Positions 24,813 to 26,277 of a stretch of DNA of 26,277 nt are shown here, piece by piece (the first letter of the stretch is position 1; every line of letters starts with the position of its first letter). The notes beneath the pieces were generated by a model. The model saw nothing but the letters and a program-made list of their open reading frames with translations, did not search any database and was not told the DNA's origin. The DNA is from a virus (taxonomy: Duplodnaviria > Caudoviricetes). The DNA lies in IMG/VR virus record IMGVR_UViG_3300002091_000103, positions 1 to 26,277 of that record; one strand, given 5' to 3'. The translations under genes were made by a program, and so were the position numbers.

Positions 24813-25253
24813 TTAAGGTAAAAATGTGAGGTCGTAACCATAGACAAATACGTCACACGTTGCGGCAATCGTAGTACCAACGTTAACATAAATGTTTGTT
24901 GGGTTAGAAATAGCTGTGTTGGGATTTGTTGCGGCGGTAATTGTCACATAAGGGCCACCTGTGTTGCTAGTTAAAGCGGCGGTAGTCAATATGGTCGAAC
25001 CTGTTTGGCCTACGCCTGTGTAAACGCCAACAGTAGCCGTTGCAATAGTGGTTGTTGCACCACTAGAGTTCAGGCCGTTGGTGATAACTACGGATGTAGG
25101 AACAAATTTGCTTACATCTAAAACAATAGATGCTGTGTCACCAGCAATAGCTAAGTTTACAGATTGTGCAGATGCAATCAAACGCAAGGCTTGGTTTGTG
25201 CCAAGTACCTGTGGGTGATTGCTTACCGTGGTTGCTGGTCCTGGATTTGCCAT
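24813..25253 (-). CDS. putative capsid decoration / head protein
   Basis: Immediately after the capsid gene and before the terminator. AGGAG RBS, beta-rich, ends DVFVYGYD. Confidence 0.65.
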   Translation of the reverse strand: MANPGPATTVSNHPQVLGTNQALRLIASAQSVNLAIAGDTASIVLDVSKFVPTSVVITNGLNSSGATTTIATATVGVYTGVGQTGSTILTTAALTSNTGGPYVTITAATNPNTAISNPTNIYVNVGTTIAATCDVFVYGYDLTFLP

Positions 25254-25278
25254 GTTAATTTCTCCTAAATGTTAAGGG

Positions 25279-26277
25279 TTAAGCGGCTACGCGGCAGGCC
25301 AACTCAGGATAGAGTGGTGCCCAACCATATAGCACGTCTAAACGTGTGGGAATCGAATCGTTATTAATTGTGTATTGCATCTTGTTACTCCACCTTTCGG
25401 TGTGGTGCTTCCGCTTCAGGTCGCACTCTAGGACTTCTTTTGTTATATCCTAGTTCAGACTATCGCATCCCTCGTAAGGGTTTTCTCACTTAGTCGTTCA
25501 GGCTGTATTTAAACTTGCCCCTTGTTGTCCACTTCTGGAGTTCCAAGTCAATCAGAGAAAATTTTCTATTAGGTCTTTACCTAAAAGCCGCCAACATTAA
25601 CGGACTACACGCATTGACAATCCAATCTCCTTATCACTAGCTCTACCTGCAAAATGCACACCTTCTGGAAGCTCTAAATCGGCTCATTTCTGTTACTTTC
25701 GGCTTTTGCCTACTGACCACTATTGTGGCGGGAGAAACTCTTCGGATTCTCCTCTCTGTCTTCTTGGGTTATAACAGAGTTCAGACTATCGCATCACCTT
25801 TCGGCGCCATCCCACTTAGTCGTTCAGCCTGCACACCTTTCGGTTGCTTGGCCCTTGTTACCCACTTCTGGGACTCCAAGTCAATCAGGGACGGTTTTCT
25901 ATTTACGCTACTTGTAAATAGCCGCAGTCGTTTACGGCAAGAGTGAAAGCATTCCGGTGCATGATGATGTTTTGTGGGCTAACTGTACCTGTGTTGTTAA
26001 ACGGTGTGACCGTTGAAGCACCAGCATTAGTAACGCTCACGTTCTGGAATTGACCAGCGGTAATGATAGCGGGGCTAACAGTTACCAAAGTCGTGCCAGA
26101 TGTGGCCACAGTCGCGGCGGCGGTAACAACAAAGTTTCTCAACTTGTTAGAACCATACGCTTGACGATTTTGTGGATTGACCGCATACACGTTAGCAATT
26201 TGGATTACATCGCCTTGGTTCAAGTTGCCAGCCGCAGTAGTTGCAGACAAAGCAATTGTAGAAGTTGATGCCCAACC
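25279..26277 (-). CDS. major capsid protein (P22 coat protein family), 5'-partial, spliced: exons 26277-25934, 25684-25600, 25377-25279
   Basis: Joined exons read ...PQNIIMHRNAFTLAV ADLELPEGVHFAGRASDKEIGLSMRVVR QYTINNDSIPTRLDVLYGWAPLYPELACRVAA*. GDVI.IA.V.AVNP, AFTLA and RLDVLYG are P22-coat-family motifs. Confidence 0.9.
25378..25599 (-). ncRNA. group I intron 2 in capsid gene (222 nt, no ORF)
   Basis: 5' exon ends CCGU, pairing with GCGG (U.G at the splice site). Terminal G in GUAACAAGAUG. P3 UUUUCUC/GAGAAAA, P7 GACUA/UAGUC, P8 CCCU-UACG-AGGG. P10 UGUUG pairs with 3' exon CAAUA. Confidence 0.92.
25685..25933 (-). ncRNA. group I intron 1 in capsid gene (249 nt, no ORF)
   Basis: P1 GCCGU/GCGGC with U.G at the splice site. 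P2 CUAUUUAC/GUAAAUAG, P3 CCGUCCC/GGGAUGG, P7 GACUA/UAGUC, P8 CGCC-GAAA-GGUG. Terminal G in GUAACAGAAAUG. Confidence 0.92.

Noticed and set aside
25723-25946. Plus-strand ORFs (64 and 73 aa) as intron-encoded proteins
   Set aside because: They are antisense to the intron and have no LAGLIDADG, HNH or GIY-YIG motifs.
25903-26250. ORF-track 115-aa protein as a complete gene, or the capsid as a pseudogene
   Set aside because: The frame is open to the window edge and its last 9 codons are intron sequence. Splicing restores a complete coat C-terminus, so it is neither stand-alone nor decayed.
1-26277. Integrated prophage boundaries, host genes or alternative genetic code
   Set aside because: No integrase, att-like junction or host gene was seen. 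Long genes are intact under the standard code, apart from the intron-split capsid.

Overview
This window is about 26 kb of a tailed dsDNA phage with P22/podovirus-type structural genes. No host genes, integrase or cI repressor are visible. A leftward early arm (1-3668) carries small hypothetical genes, an SSB-like gene, a YqaJ/lambda-type exonuclease and an ERF recombinase. A divergent control region with a Cro-like HTH gene (missed by the ORF track) follows, then about 390 nt of highly structured non-coding sequence. A short rightward nin-like operon encodes a PAPS-reductase-family protein, RusA and Zn-binding proteins. A long minus-strand late block contains lysis genes (M15 peptidase, holin, Rz/Rz1), three ejection proteins, gp10- and gp4-like neck proteins, a free-standing HNH nuclease, tail fibre and Gly-rich proteins, and the 3' part of the major capsid gene. 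Two features stand out. First, the capsid gene is split by two related, ORF-less group I introns separated by an 85-nt micro-exon, and splicing restores the frame exactly. Second, the structured RNA after cro sits where lambdoid phages normally carry the O/P replication genes. All family assignments come from motif recognition by eye, not from database searches.
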